Shown here in pieces: positions 39,620 to 50,161 of a stretch of DNA of 64,000 nt; the first letter of the stretch is position 1; every line of letters starts with the position of its first letter. The notes under the pieces are model-generated. The model saw nothing but the letters and a program-made list of their open reading frames with translations, made no database searches and was not told the DNA's origin. The stretch covers positions 160,001 to 224,000 of the forward strand of contig CAXXSR010000001.1 of the NCBI GenBank assembly GCA_963662615.2, written 5' to 3'. The DNA comes from Dehalococcoidia bacterium (GTDB lineage: Bacteria; Chloroflexota; Dehalococcoidia; Bin125). Made by a program: the position numbers and the translations under genes.

Positions 39620-40246
39620 TTAGATCCCCGGCGATCGGAAGCCGTCGATTTCGAAACCGTACTCGCGGCCAGCATCGACGAGCGCGTCGAACAGGTATTG
39701 ACCGAACGAGCGCTCGCTGTGAAGCAGGTACGAGCGGTCCCCCCCAAGGTCATGTCGGACGATGTCCGTGACCACGCCGGCGACGGAGCTGCGCAGGGCC
39801 GCTCCATTGGGCGTGACCGAATCGTCGAAGTCGATGGCACACACCTTGGAGAGGACCGGGGCGGCACGGTCTCCGACGAGCCGGATCATGGCTCTGGCAT
39901 GTGTCACATCGACGGCGCTGACATCGTCCGAGTGACCGAGCTCCTGGACCTTCGCCGCAAGCGCAGGAGCCGTGCTGGGCGGGCCCAGCAGCAGCCATTC
40001 ACCGGGCCCGGAGCCAATGATGACGCCGCTGGACTCGTCGCGCCGCAATCGCCCGAAGGGCACGCCAAGCGCCTTTGCCACCGGGCCATTCGCAGGGGCG
40101 TGCACGAGCACCTTGGCGAGGGGCGTGCAGTCCGTGATTCGCTGCGCCGCAGTGCTTCGCTGCGCCGTGACCTCCCAACCGTCCACCACGACCCCCGGCG
40201 CGATGCAGGCGATGGGACTGCGGGCAAGAGGCACGGAGTCAGGCAC
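39620..40246 (-). CDS. soxG: heterotetrameric sarcosine oxidase gamma subunit / N-methylglutamate dehydrogenase MgdD
   Basis: GPGEWLL, VLSKVCAID, RSFGQYL; GTGCCTGA overlap with alpha subunit. Confidence 0.85.
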   Translation of the reverse strand: MPDSVPLARSPIACIAPGVVVDGWEVTAQRSTAAQRITDCTPLAKVLVHAPANGPVAKALGVPFGRLRRDESSGVIIGSGPGEWLLLGPPSTAPALAAKVQELGHSDDVSAVDVTHARAMIRLVGDRAAPVLSKVCAIDFDDSVTPNGAALRSSVAGVVTDIVRHDLGGDRSYLLHSERSFGQYLFDALVDAGREYGFEIDGFRSPGI

Positions 40247-43142
40247 GGAGACGGGCGCCTTCCGGATCGAAATGGGCGTGCTGCGCCATGACGGTGACCG
40301 GGATCTCCTCTCCGTCCGGCAAGCGGACGCGAACGATCGTGCCGGCCGCGGCCAGATCTGGCGCAACGAAGCCGAGGCAGATGGAGCGACTGAGCGTGGG
40401 CGACATGCGGCTGGAGGTGATGCGGCCCACGATCTCGTCGCGCCGTCCGACGATCTGCGCTCCCTCCGGCGGCACGACCGTGCCGTCGACCGGCTGCAGG
40501 CCCACGAGGCGGGGGTAATCGGCTCGCTCCTTCTGCCAGAGGAGTTCCGGCTTGCCCACGAAGTCCTCTTTGTCCAGCTTCACCAGTCCGTCCAGGCCCG
40601 CGCCAAAGGCCTGCGTCAGGGCGTCGGTGTCTTGGCCGACGATCAGATGTCCTTTCTCCAGCCGCATGATGCGTTGCGCTTCCACACCAAAGGGACGGAT
40701 GCCGAGATCAGCCCCCACCTCCAGCAACGTCTCCCAGAGATGGAGACCGTAGCTGGCGGGCGCGTGGATCTCGTAACTCAGCTCTCCCGTGAAGCCAATG
40801 CGCCACATGAAGCAGTCCTGAATGCCGGCGATTCGTCCCGTGCGCACCCGCATGTAAGGGAAGGCTTGGGGATCGAGATCGATACCGTCCACGACCCGCC
40901 GCATCAGCTCTCGCGACTTGGGGCCGGCCACATTCATGCTGGCGTAAGCAGCGGTCATGGGGGTCACGTGCACCCGCCACTCGGGGTGGACGGTCTGGAG
41001 CCACTCCTCCATCCACTGCCAGACGGCCTCGGGGCCGGCGGAGGTGGTGGTCATCAGGTAGCGGTTCTCGCCCAGGCGACCGGTGACACCGTCGTCGATG
41101 ACGACGCCGTCTTCGCCGCACAAGACGCCGTAGCGGACGGAGCCAACGGCCAGCCGGGACCAGCGGTTGACGTACAGCAAGTTGAGGAGCTGGGGGACGT
41201 CGGGGCCGCGCAGGTCGAACTTGCCAAGCGGGGTGACGTCGATCATGCCCACCGTTTGGCGGACGTTACGGACTTCCGCCTCCGGATCGCCGTAGTGATC
41301 GGGACGGATCCAGTGGCCGGCGACGAGCGGTCTCGCCCCGTGCGCCTCGTGCCAGGGTTGCAAGGGGGAAAGACTGAGCGGCTCGAAACTCCGTCCGGCC
41401 AGGGCGCCCAGCGAGATGGGGGCGTAGGGCGGACGCCACGTCGTCGCGCCGGTCTCCTCCATCGTGCGGCCGGTGGCCTCGGCGTGAACGGCAATGGCGT
41501 TCACCAGCTCCAGCTTTCCCTGGGCCGCACCCATGCCCACCGTGGTGTAGCGCTTCGTCAGCTCCAGGGAGTCGTACCCCTCATGCACGGCCGTGACGAT
41601 GTCCTTCGATGAAACGTCCTCGGAGAAGTCGACAATGCCGTGGCTGGCGCCGCGGAACAGGGCGGGATGATCCTGGATGGGGAGGTCGGGGATCGGCACG
41701 GGTGAGCGGTCGGCCGTCCTGTCCGGGACCGCCGAAACGCCGGGATCGTCGGCAGTCAGCGTCCGCTGGCGCGTCGCAGCGCGGCCAGTCGAAGCGCGTT
41801 GTGTCGAAGCGCGGTGGGCCGCTTCCGCGCCCACGGCTCGCGCATGGGCGAGCAGCTGGTCCAGGGTGCCGTCACCCACGATGCGGCCGGTGGCGAGGAC
41901 GTTGTGCGGTGGTTCGGCGGGGAAAAAGCGAGCCGCCCTGCGGTTGTAGAGGGGGCGGTCCCCGGCCATGTTGAGGAGCGCCGTCGGTGCGGTCCAGCCC
42001 ACGGAGGTGACGAGGAGATCCGCTTCCACCGTTTCGCCGCCGGCTATTTCTACCTCCCGCACCCGTCCGCGGCCGCGGGCCCGCACAACGTCGCCGCCGC
42101 TGCGTGCGTCCACCACCCGCGCGATCTCCACTCCCGCACGCTGGAGATCGGCGGCGGCGGCGTCCCCTTCCTCATTGGCCGTCAGGACCACCGCCCGATC
42201 GCCGGGCTTCACGGCGTACAGGTTGATCAGCCGGCGCGCCGCCGAAGCCAGCATCACTCCCGGCTTGTCGTTGCCGTCAAAGACGTAGGGGCGCTCAATC
42301 AGTCCCGGCGCGACGATCAGCACCTTGGCGCGCGCCTTGATGAGACGCTCTTCAACGTTGGCGACGTGCCGCTGCGCCACCGCCACCCAGTTGTCGTCGT
42401 AGCGCCCGGTCACGACGGAGTTGCTCATCACTTCGATATTCGCGCTCGCCGCCACCGCGTCGCGGAGCGCTTGGAGGATCGCGAGCTCGGCCTCGCCTCC
42501 CCAGCGGAGATGGCCGCCCAGCTCGTGTTCCTCGTCGACGAGCAGCACCTTCGCTCCCGACTCGGCGGCGGCGATCGCGGCGCCCATGCCCGCGGGTCCG
42601 CCCCCCGCAATCAGGACATCCGGGTGCGCATAGCGCGCGTCGAAGAGCGCCTCGGGCCGGCGTGAGGGCGCGGTCCCGCCCGGCGTGAACCGTCGCAATA
42701 CCTTCTGATACAGGGGCCAGAATGCTTGTGGCGCCATGAACGTCTTGTAATAGAAGCCGGGGGGCAGGAAGCGACCCGCCGCCTGATTGACTGACTTGAG
42801 GTCGAAGCGGAGCGACGGCCAAACGTTCTGGGCCCGCACGACCATCCCCGGCTCCAGGCGCCGGTGAGCCCCGCGCACGTTGGGCTCATCGCCCACCTGC
42901 ACAAGGCATCCCGGGTCAATGAAGCTCGCCGTCAGCAGTCCCCGCGGACGGTGGTACTTAAAGCTGCGGGAGAAGACGCGCTCGCCGCAGGCGGCCAAGG
43001 CGGAGATGATGGTGTCGCCTCTGTAGGCCGGGTACTCGGCGCCATTCCAGGTGAACGTCAACGGCGCCCCCCGGTCGATTACCTCGCCCGGCTGCGGGCC
43101 CAAGCGCATGGTCATGCGGGACTCGATCGATGTGGTCGTCAC
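40239..43142 (-). CDS. soxA: sarcosine oxidase alpha subunit / N-methylglutamate dehydrogenase MgdC
   Basis: RSFKYHRPRG, GGGPAG, KRYTTVGMG..QGK, GcvT-like DVTPLGK and RIGFTGELSYE. Confidence 0.92.
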   Translation of the reverse strand: MTTTSIESRMTMRLGPQPGEVIDRGAPLTFTWNGAEYPAYRGDTIISALAACGERVFSRSFKYHRPRGLLTASFIDPGCLVQVGDEPNVRGAHRRLEPGMVVRAQNVWPSLRFDLKSVNQAAGRFLPPGFYYKTFMAPQAFWPLYQKVLRRFTPGGTAPSRRPEALFDARYAHPDVLIAGGGPAGMGAAIAAAESGAKVLLVDEEHELGGHLRWGGEAELAILQALRDAVAASANIEVMSNSVVTGRYDDNWVAVAQRHVANVEERLIKARAKVLIVAPGLIERPYVFDGNDKPGVMLASAARRLINLYAVKPGDRAVVLTANEEGDAAAADLQRAGVEIARVVDARSGGDVVRARGRGRVREVEIAGGETVEADLLVTSVGWTAPTALLNMAGDRPLYNRRAARFFPAEPPHNVLATGRIVGDGTLDQLLAHARAVGAEAAHRASTQRASTGRAATRQRTLTADDPGVSAVPDRTADRSPVPIPDLPIQDHPALFRGASHGIVDFSEDVSSKDIVTAVHEGYDSLELTKRYTTVGMGAAQGKLELVNAIAVHAEATGRTMEETGATTWRPPYAPISLGALAGRSFEPLSLSPLQPWHEAHGARPLVAGHWIRPDHYGDPEAEVRNVRQTVGMIDVTPLGKFDLRGPDVPQLLNLLYVNRWSRLAVGSVRYGVLCGEDGVVIDDGVTGRLGENRYLMTTTSAGPEAVWQWMEEWLQTVHPEWRVHVTPMTAAYASMNVAGPKSRELMRRVVDGIDLDPQAFPYMRVRTGRIAGIQDCFMWRIGFTGELSYEIHAPASYGLHLWETLLEVGADLGIRPFGVEAQRIMRLEKGHLIVGQDTDALTQAFGAGLDGLVKLDKEDFVGKPELLWQKERADYPRLVGLQPVDGTVVPPEGAQIVGRRDEIVGRITSSRMSPTLSRSICLGFVAPDLAAAGTIVRVRLPDGEEIPVTVMAQHAHFDPEGARLRA

Positions 43143-43456
43143 GGCCGGCCCTCGGGGTCGGTCTCCCCTGCTCCCGCCGCGCCGTCCGGGTCCAGGCGGA
43201 GCTGGGCCGACGGCCGGCGGACGGCGCGAATCTCGTCGGACACGGTGTGACGCTCCATGACGAAGAAGCGCCTGCAACCGTCTCGGTGAAACCAGCGCTC
43301 GGTCGTCCAACCGGCTGGGTTCGACTGCATATACAGGTAGCGCCGCCATTCCTGCGGACGAGTCGCGTTCGGGTCCGGGCGCGACCGCTCCTCGCCGAGG
43401 TAGGTGAACTCCGCGGCGTTGCGCGGCCCACAATGGATGCAAGGGATGCGTAGCAA
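43139..43456 (-). CDS. soxD: sarcosine oxidase delta subunit / MgdB
   Basis: IPCIHCGPR..EF, YLY, E.W.H..GC, R.T. Confidence 0.9.
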   Translation of the reverse strand: MLRIPCIHCGPRNAAEFTYLGEERSRPDPNATRPQEWRRYLYMQSNPAGWTTERWFHRDGCRRFFVMERHTVSDEIRAVRRPSAQLRLDPDGAAGAGETDPEGRP

Positions 43457-43473
43457 CGCTGCACCTGCCCCGA

Positions 43474-44772
43474 CTAGTGCCCGACCGACGCCGCCCCCTT
43501 CTCGCCGACGAGACGGCCATCGTCGAAGCGAGAGAGCGCGAATGGCTCAATGATTTCCGGCGTCCTGCCCGTGGCGATGAGGGCGGCCATCGCTTCACCG
43601 GCCACCGGTCCGGCCTTGAATCCGTAAGTGCCCCAACCGACGTCCACGTAGAAGCCGTCCACCGGCGTCGCTCCGATGATCGGGGAGAAGTCGGGCGTCA
43701 TGTCGCAGATGCCCGCCCACTGTCGGAGCACCCGCAGCTGGGCCAGCGACGGCATCAGTTGGAGGACGTGGCCGGCGAGTTCCTCGGTGAATTCCAGTGA
43801 GCCGCGAGTCGAATAGGAGGGGTACGGGTCCACGCTCGCTCCGAAGACCAGTTCGCCCCGCGTGGTCTGGTTCACATAGACATGCAGCGTCCCGGAGACC
43901 ACCACCGGATCGAGGAAGAACTGCACAGGCTCCGTGACCGCGGCTTGCAGTGGGAAGGTCAGGATGGGCAGCTCAACCCCTGCCATCGCGGCGATTCGGG
44001 ACGACCAACCGGCCGTGCAGTTGATCACAACGGGCGCGGCGATGGGCCCCTTGGTGGTGACGACTCCGTCCACCTTCCCGTCACGCGCGTGGACGCTGAG
44101 TACCTCCGTGTTTTGGTGGATCTGCACGCCCAGGGCGTCAGCGCCGCGAGCGTAGCCCCAGACCACGGCGTCGTGGCGGATAATGCCGCCGGGCGGGTGG
44201 TAGAGCGCCCCCAGGATCGGATAGCGTGCGTTTGCGGACACGTCCATGTACGGCACAAGCTTCTTCACGGCAGCGGGATCGATGACCTCGGATTCTACCC
44301 CCCGGATCTTGTTGACCTCAGCTCGCCAGAACATGGTCCGCAGGGAGGAGTCGTTGTGCGCGAGGGTCAGGTGGCCGCGTTGCTCGAACATCACGTTGAA
44401 ATTCAGCTTCGCGGCCAAGTGCTCGTACAGCTCCAGCGAGCGCTGATAGAAGTCCACCCCTTCGCCGGTGAGGTAGTTCGAGCGGATAATGGCCGTGTTG
44501 CGGCCGGAGGCGCCGCTGCCGATGTAACTTTTTTCCAGCACGGCGACGTTGCGGATGCCGTGGTCTGCCGCGAGGTGGTAGGCAGTCGCGAGGCCGTGCA
44601 CGCCGCCGCCCACAATGACCACGTCATAGGAGGCGGCAAGCTCATGAGTGGACCAGGCCCGCGGCCACTGCTCCCCAAAAAGACCGTGGCGGAACAAGCT
44701 GAGGGCCGAGTAGCCGGACGCGCCTTGAGGCCGGCTGCTCTTGCGCCGCGCCCGGCTCAGGAGAGATCGCAT
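43474..44772 (-). CDS. soxB: sarcosine oxidase beta subunit / N-methylglutamate dehydrogenase MgdA
   Basis: GGGVHGLATAYHL, GRNTAIIRSNY, RHDAVVWGYA, GWGTYGFKA. Confidence 0.92.
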   Translation of the reverse strand: MRSLLSRARRKSSRPQGASGYSALSLFRHGLFGEQWPRAWSTHELAASYDVVIVGGGVHGLATAYHLAADHGIRNVAVLEKSYIGSGASGRNTAIIRSNYLTGEGVDFYQRSLELYEHLAAKLNFNVMFEQRGHLTLAHNDSSLRTMFWRAEVNKIRGVESEVIDPAAVKKLVPYMDVSANARYPILGALYHPPGGIIRHDAVVWGYARGADALGVQIHQNTEVLSVHARDGKVDGVVTTKGPIAAPVVINCTAGWSSRIAAMAGVELPILTFPLQAAVTEPVQFFLDPVVVSGTLHVYVNQTTRGELVFGASVDPYPSYSTRGSLEFTEELAGHVLQLMPSLAQLRVLRQWAGICDMTPDFSPIIGATPVDGFYVDVGWGTYGFKAGPVAGEAMAALIATGRTPEIIEPFALSRFDDGRLVGEKGAASVGH

Positions 44773-44898
44773 GGCGCCCCCGGATGGTCTTGCCGGCGGC
44801 ACGGTCGCAGCCGCGCTGCGGCGAGGTGGCTCAGGCAACGCAGCAGCGCGCCGCCTTGAGCCGTGCGCGCCGCCCAGGGACGGGGCGCGGTCACCCAT

Positions 44899-46257
44899 CT
44901 AGAAGAGGGTGAGGTAGCGATCAACTTCCCAGTCCGTCACCGTTCGGTGGAACTCAGCGAATTCTTCCCGTTTAGTCCGCACGAAGTAGTCGATGTAGTC
45001 CCCGCCGGGGACGGGACCGAGGGCGCGACGCAGCACGTCGTCGCGTTCGAGCACGTCGACGGCGTGGGCCAGCGTCTGCGGCATGATCTGAATCCCGCGC
45101 GCCTGCACTGCATCGAGCGGGAGATCGTAGAGGTTGTCGGCGTTCGGCTCTCCGGGATCGAGACAGCGGTCGATCCCGTCGAGCCCAGCCGCGAGCATGA
45201 CGGTGAAGGCGAGGTAGGGGTTGGCGGCGCCATCGACGCTGCGATTCTCGACCCGGCCCGGTTCCGGGACGCGCAACATCTGGGTGCGGTTGTTGCCGCC
45301 GTACGTCGCGTAGGCCGGGGCCCAGGTTGCGCCGGAAGCCGGCGGACCGACTCCAATGCGCTTGTACGAGTTCACCGTGGGATTGGTCACCGCCGCCATG
45401 GCTGTGGCATGGTCCAGCAGGCCGGCGATGAACTGGTAGGCCAAGCGGGAGAGTCCCAGTCCGCGTGCATCGGCGGGGTCACAGAAGAGCGGTTGTCCCG
45501 TCTCGGTGTCCCAGAGGCTGCTGTGCACGTGCATTCCGTTGCCGGTGAGATGCTGGAACGGCTTGGGCATGAATGTGGCCGCGAGCCCCACCTGGTCCGC
45601 CAGCGTGTGCACCATGTAGCGGAAGAAGATGGCGCGGTCCGCCGTGGTCAAGGCGTCGGCGTAGGCGAAGTTCTGCTCGAACTGCCCGTTGGCATCTTCG
45701 TGGTCGTTGGCGTAGTTGGACCAGCCCAGCGCATTCATGTACCGGGAGACCTTGGTGAGGTGGTCATACATGCGGGTGAGGCCTTTGGCGTCGTAGCAGG
45801 GCTGCTCGGCGGTATCGAGTGGATCGGCCAGAGCGATTCCGCCCTCCGGCCTCCGGCGCACCAGGAAGTATTCGGCCTCCACACCGCAGTTGAGGAGCAT
45901 TCGTCGCTCTTGAAGCTGCGCGAGCTGGCGCTTGAGGATGACCCGGGGTGCGTACGGCCAGGCCGCACCGTTGACGCGAATGTCGCAGTGAAGAACGGCC
46001 AGCCCCTTCTGCCAGGGGACGGGGGTGTAGGAGCTGGGGTCGGGGATGGCCATCATGTCGGGGTCGGCGGGGCTTTGGCCCATGGGACCCGCCGCGAAGC
46101 CCGCGAAGCCGACGCCCTCGGTCATCAGCGCATCGAAAGCGCCGGCCGGCACGAGCTTGGCGCAGGGCTTCCCGTGCATGTCGACGAACATCGCGAAGAA
46201 GAACTCGATGCCGTCCTCGGCGGCGCGACGCTGGAGATCGGCGTGGGCCTCGGCCAT
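44899..46257 (-). CDS. glnT: GlnT-type glutamate--ammonia ligase / gamma-glutamylmethylamide synthetase (GmaS)
   Basis: AKLVPA, GFAGFA, QPCYD, NDHEDANGQFEQN, GNNRTQM; adjacent to glxBCD and sox-like genes. Confidence 0.9.
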   Translation of the reverse strand: MAEAHADLQRRAAEDGIEFFFAMFVDMHGKPCAKLVPAGAFDALMTEGVGFAGFAAGPMGQSPADPDMMAIPDPSSYTPVPWQKGLAVLHCDIRVNGAAWPYAPRVILKRQLAQLQERRMLLNCGVEAEYFLVRRRPEGGIALADPLDTAEQPCYDAKGLTRMYDHLTKVSRYMNALGWSNYANDHEDANGQFEQNFAYADALTTADRAIFFRYMVHTLADQVGLAATFMPKPFQHLTGNGMHVHSSLWDTETGQPLFCDPADARGLGLSRLAYQFIAGLLDHATAMAAVTNPTVNSYKRIGVGPPASGATWAPAYATYGGNNRTQMLRVPEPGRVENRSVDGAANPYLAFTVMLAAGLDGIDRCLDPGEPNADNLYDLPLDAVQARGIQIMPQTLAHAVDVLERDDVLRRALGPVPGGDYIDYFVRTKREEFAEFHRTVTDWEVDRYLTLF

Positions 46258-46426
46258 AGCCCCTCCTCATCAGGCCTGAGTTCCGCGCGAGCGAAGGGCC
46301 CCAAGGATACGCCACCCGCCGGAGCGGGAAAACCGCCTGCCGCAACGGTCACGGGGAGTGCGCGCTGTGTAATATGGGCGTGCTGCCTGCCTTGCAAGCG
46401 GCGAAGTGGGGGGCCCGGCTGCAACC

Positions 46427-47323
46427 GTGTGTGGAATCGTTGGGCTCCAACTGAAGAACCCCGCGCTGTATCCCCAACTCGGCGCGCTGCTCACGCCGAT
46501 GCTCCTGGCCATGAGCGAGCGGGGGCCGGATTCCGCCGGGCTCGCGCTCTATGAAGACGGGCTCGGTGAGGGCAGTTCCCGCTATTCGTTACGGGCGCCC
46601 GCCCCCGGGTTCGACTGGGAGCGTCTCGCCAGCCGCATTGAGAGTGCGCTCGACGTGAGGGCCGGCCTCCGCTGCGTCGCGGATGATGCGATCGTCACGG
46701 TCGACGCGGACCCCGACTTGATCCTGCAGTGGCTCAGCAAGGAGGCGCCGGAGGTGCGGGTGTTCGCGGTTGGCAGGGCAATGGAGATCTATAAGGACGT
46801 GGGGGCGCCCAGCGAAATTTGCCGCCGCTACGGAATCACGAGCCGCGCCGGCTACCAGGGCTTGGGACATACCCGCATGGCCACCGAGTCCGCCGTCACT
46901 ACGGATCACTCGCACCCGTTCGCCTCCGCGGCGGACCTCTGCCTGGTCCACAACGGGACTTTCTCGAATTACGCCACCATCCGCCGCCTCCTGATGGACG
47001 AAGGACTTCACTTCGACACGGACAACGACTCCGAAGTCGCGGCGCGGTTCATCGCGCGGCAAATGGCGAACGGGAGCGACCTGCGCGAGGCGCTTGAGCG
47101 TCTCCTGACGGAGCTGGACGGCTTCTTCACGCTGCTGGTCGCCTCCCGGGATCAGTTCGCCGTGGTTCGCGATGCCTTCGCCTGCAAGCCGGCAGTGATC
47201 GCGGAGTGCGACGACTACGTCGCCATGGCGTCGGAGTACCGCGCTCTCGCCGAGCTACCTGGAATCGATGAAGCGACCGTCTTCGAGCCGATGCCCGAGG
47301 ACATCCACGTATGGTCACGCTGA
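46427..47323 (+). CDS. glxB: class II glutamine amidotransferase / N-methylglutamate synthase subunit A (MgsA)
   Basis: N-terminal (M)CGIVG, ERGPDSAG, GHTRMATES, VHNG, NDSEV, FACKP. Confidence 0.9.
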   Translation: MCGIVGLQLKNPALYPQLGALLTPMLLAMSERGPDSAGLALYEDGLGEGSSRYSLRAPAPGFDWERLASRIESALDVRAGLRCVADDAIVTVDADPDLILQWLSKEAPEVRVFAVGRAMEIYKDVGAPSEICRRYGITSRAGYQGLGHTRMATESAVTTDHSHPFASAADLCLVHNGTFSNYATIRRLLMDEGLHFDTDNDSEVAARFIARQMANGSDLREALERLLTELDGFFTLLVASRDQFAVVRDAFACKPAVIAECDDYVAMASEYRALAELPGIDEATVFEPMPEDIHVWSR

Positions 47324-47988
47324 GCTGCGCCGATCAGAGCACGCGCCAGATCAACGCAGCCCTGGCGCAGCTTCCCGAAGGCGCGCGAGTGACCATCGCC
47401 GAGCCCAAGGGACGGCACAACCTCGCGGTCGGGTTGGAGAACAAGATCCAGGTGGAAATCGACGGGAACGCCGGGTACTTCATCGGCGGACTGTGCGATG
47501 GGCCCCAGATCACCGTGAACGGCTTCGTGGGCTGGTCCGTGGGCGAAAATCTCATGAGCGGCACGGTCCGAGTGAAGGGGAACGCCTCGGAATGCGCCGG
47601 CGCCTCCAGCCACGGCGGCACGATCATTATCGAAGGCGACGCATCCTCCCGCGCCGGAATCTCGTTGAAGGGCGGCACCGTGCTCGTCGCTGGTGATGTG
47701 GGGCACATGAGTGGATTCATGGCCCAGGCGGGGATCATCTTGATCGGCGCGGACGCGGGGGAGGCGCTGGGCGATTCACTGTATGAGGCGGTGATCTACG
47801 TTGGTGGACGGATTCGATCGCTTGGTGCAGACGCGCAGGTAGAGGAGCTGACGGGAGATGACGTCGCCGTCGTGAGACGGCTGGCCGGCCTCGCGGGGTT
47901 CGCGCATATCAACCCGGAGAACGTGACCCGCGTCGGCTCCGCGCGCCGGCTCTATCATTTCGACTCTCTAAAAGATCACCAGTATTGA
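47311..47988 (+). CDS. glxC: GXGXG-domain protein / N-methylglutamate synthase subunit B (MgsB)
   Basis: GRHNLAVG, ENLMSG, GISLKG, GHMSGFMAQAG, LGDSLYE. Confidence 0.9.
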   Translation: MVTLSCADQSTRQINAALAQLPEGARVTIAEPKGRHNLAVGLENKIQVEIDGNAGYFIGGLCDGPQITVNGFVGWSVGENLMSGTVRVKGNASECAGASSHGGTIIIEGDASSRAGISLKGGTVLVAGDVGHMSGFMAQAGIILIGADAGEALGDSLYEAVIYVGGRIRSLGADAQVEELTGDDVAVVRRLAGLAGFAHINPENVTRVGSARRLYHFDSLKDHQY

Positions 47989-49358
47989 TGCCCGGACCGG
48001 AGGTCGATCGCCCCCCGCTTCCCATGGACGCCTGGAGACGGAGCGACACGTTCCCTCCCGAGACCATTGCCCATATCCAGCGCATGGCCGCCGAAGGGCA
48101 CTACGAGATCCGCGGCTGGGGGGCGAAGCGAGCGCTGCCCAAATTTGACGATCTCGTGTTCCTCACGGCGTCGGCGTCACGCTATCCCTTGGAGGGGTAC
48201 CGGGAGCGCTGCGAGACCAAGACCGTCCTCGGGACCCGCTTCGCCAAACGGCCCCTGGAGCTGGAGATTCCCATCACGATTGCCGGGATGAGCTTCGGCG
48301 CGCTCTCGGCGCGCGCCAAGGAGGCTCTGGGGAGGGGGGCGAGCGCGGCGGGGACCTCCACGACGACCGGCGACGGCGGCATGACGCGGGAGGAGCGCCA
48401 GGCCTCCACGCTGCTCGTCTACCAGTGCCTCCCCTCCCGCTACGGGTTCAATCCGAGCGATCTCCGCAATGCGGATGCCATCGAGATCGTGATCGGGCAA
48501 GGGGCGAAGCCGGGCGGCGGAGGCATTCTCCTGGGCCAGAAGGTGAGTGAGCGGGTCGCGGAGATGCGCACCCTGCCGCCCGGCATTGACCAACGGTCGG
48601 CGTCCCGCCATCCCGACTGGGTGGGACCCGATGATCTGCGGATCAAGATCGAAGAGCTGCGGGAGGCCACGCACTGGGAGAAGCCGATCTTCGTCAAGCT
48701 CGGCGCCACCCGCGTCACCAACGACGTGAAGCTCGTCGTCGCCTCGGGCGCTGACGTCGTCGTGGTGGACGGCCTGGAGGGTGGGACTGCGGCCACGCAG
48801 GATATCTTCCTTGAGCACGCGGGCATCCCCACCCTGGCCGCCGTGCGGCAAGCGGCCGACGCTCTCCGCGAGATCGGGATGGAGGAGCAGGTACAACTCG
48901 TGGTCTCCGGGGGCATTCGCTCCGGAGCCGACGTGGCCAAGGCGCTCGCCCTGGGCGCCAACGCCGTCTCGCTCGGGACCGCGGCGTTGATCGCGCTCGG
49001 CTGCAACAGCCGCACGTATATGCATGACGGCAAGCCGGTCGATGTGACCACCGATTATCACGCGCTGGGGACGGAACCCGGATCCTGTCACCATATGCAC
49101 ACGGGCAGGTGCCCGGTTGGCATCGCCACCCAAGACCCCCAATTGGAGCAGCGACTCGATCCGGACCTGGGCGCCGAACGCGTTGCCAACTACCTCCAGG
49201 CCTTGACCATGGAGCTGACAGCACTGGCGAGGGCCTGCGGCAAGTCGGACGTGCACAATCTGGAGCCGGAAGACCTTGTGGCTCTGACGATCGAGGCGGC
49301 GGCCATGGCCCGGGTCCCATTGGCGGGCACGAACTGGATCCCGGGTTGGCAGAGCTGA
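47988..49358 (+). CDS. glxD: FMN-binding glutamate synthase family / N-methylglutamate synthase subunit C (MgsC)
   Basis: SRYPLEGYRE, GMSFGALS, GQGAKPGGGG, RHPDW, CPVGIATQD. Confidence 0.92.
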   Translation: MPGPEVDRPPLPMDAWRRSDTFPPETIAHIQRMAAEGHYEIRGWGAKRALPKFDDLVFLTASASRYPLEGYRERCETKTVLGTRFAKRPLELEIPITIAGMSFGALSARAKEALGRGASAAGTSTTTGDGGMTREERQASTLLVYQCLPSRYGFNPSDLRNADAIEIVIGQGAKPGGGGILLGQKVSERVAEMRTLPPGIDQRSASRHPDWVGPDDLRIKIEELREATHWEKPIFVKLGATRVTNDVKLVVASGADVVVVDGLEGGTAATQDIFLEHAGIPTLAAVRQAADALREIGMEEQVQLVVSGGIRSGADVAKALALGANAVSLGTAALIALGCNSRTYMHDGKPVDVTTDYHALGTEPGSCHHMHTGRCPVGIATQDPQLEQRLDPDLGAERVANYLQALTMELTALARACGKSDVHNLEPEDLVALTIEAAAMARVPLAGTNWIPGWQS

Positions 49359-49401
49359 CTCGGACGGGCACTTCCGCGTCGCGCCACTTGCGAGCGGGCG
49401 C

Positions 49402-50142
49402 TTGAGCCGTCGACTATCCTTGTCGCCGGTCGGGAGGGTTGCCGTGCCGCCATCGCCGTTCACGCCGGACCTGTCCACACTGCTGGCGGCGCTCCGCCAC
49501 GGCGACAGCTTTTTCCCAAGCGGGGCGATGGCGTTCTCCCATGGCCTGGAAAGCCGGCACGCGGATGGGCGCCTGACGACGCCCGACGCCGTAGAGGCGT
49601 TCATCATCGGTCAGGTGCGCGGCCGCTGGGCGACGTGTGACCGCGGCGTCCTGGTGGCAGCCCACGACGCCGGCGACGACCTGGAGGCGGTAGAGAGCGC
49701 CGACCAGCTCCTGGAGGCGCTCACCTTGTCGAAGGAGCTTCGAGAGGGCTCGCGAAGGGCGGGCGCCGCCTTGCTCAGTGTGCACGTTGGCCTGGGCACG
49801 CGGAACGCACGGGCTTACGACGCCGGGACGGCGGCGGGCAGCGCGCCCAGGCACCTGGCGGCCATCCAGGGATTGGTTTGGCGCGGCAGCGGCCTGCCTC
49901 GCGATCACGCCTGCGCCATGAGCGGCCACAGCCTTTGCGTCGGCCTGCTGGGCGCGGCCTTGCGACTGGGAGCGATTGGACATGTGATGGCGCAACGCCT
50001 CCTCGCGACTACGCATCAGACTCTCGCTGCCGTGCTCCGATCCGATCCGCCGCCGCTGAACGAACTCCATAGCTATGCGCCCGCCGCCGAGATCGCCGTC
50101 ATGCGCCACGAGACGCAGCTCGGTCGCCTGTTCGCGAACTGA
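49402..50142 (+). CDS. ureF: urease accessory protein UreF
   Basis: DSFFPSGAMAFSHGLE, AALRLG, HET...RLFAN. Confidence 0.9.
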   Translation: MSRRLSLSPVGRVAVPPSPFTPDLSTLLAALRHGDSFFPSGAMAFSHGLESRHADGRLTTPDAVEAFIIGQVRGRWATCDRGVLVAAHDAGDDLEAVESADQLLEALTLSKELREGSRRAGAALLSVHVGLGTRNARAYDAGTAAGSAPRHLAAIQGLVWRGSGLPRDHACAMSGHSLCVGLLGAALRLGAIGHVMAQRLLATTHQTLAAVLRSDPPPLNELHSYAPAAEIAVMRHETQLGRLFAN

Positions 50143-50161
50143 TCGTGTCAAGGGATGAACG

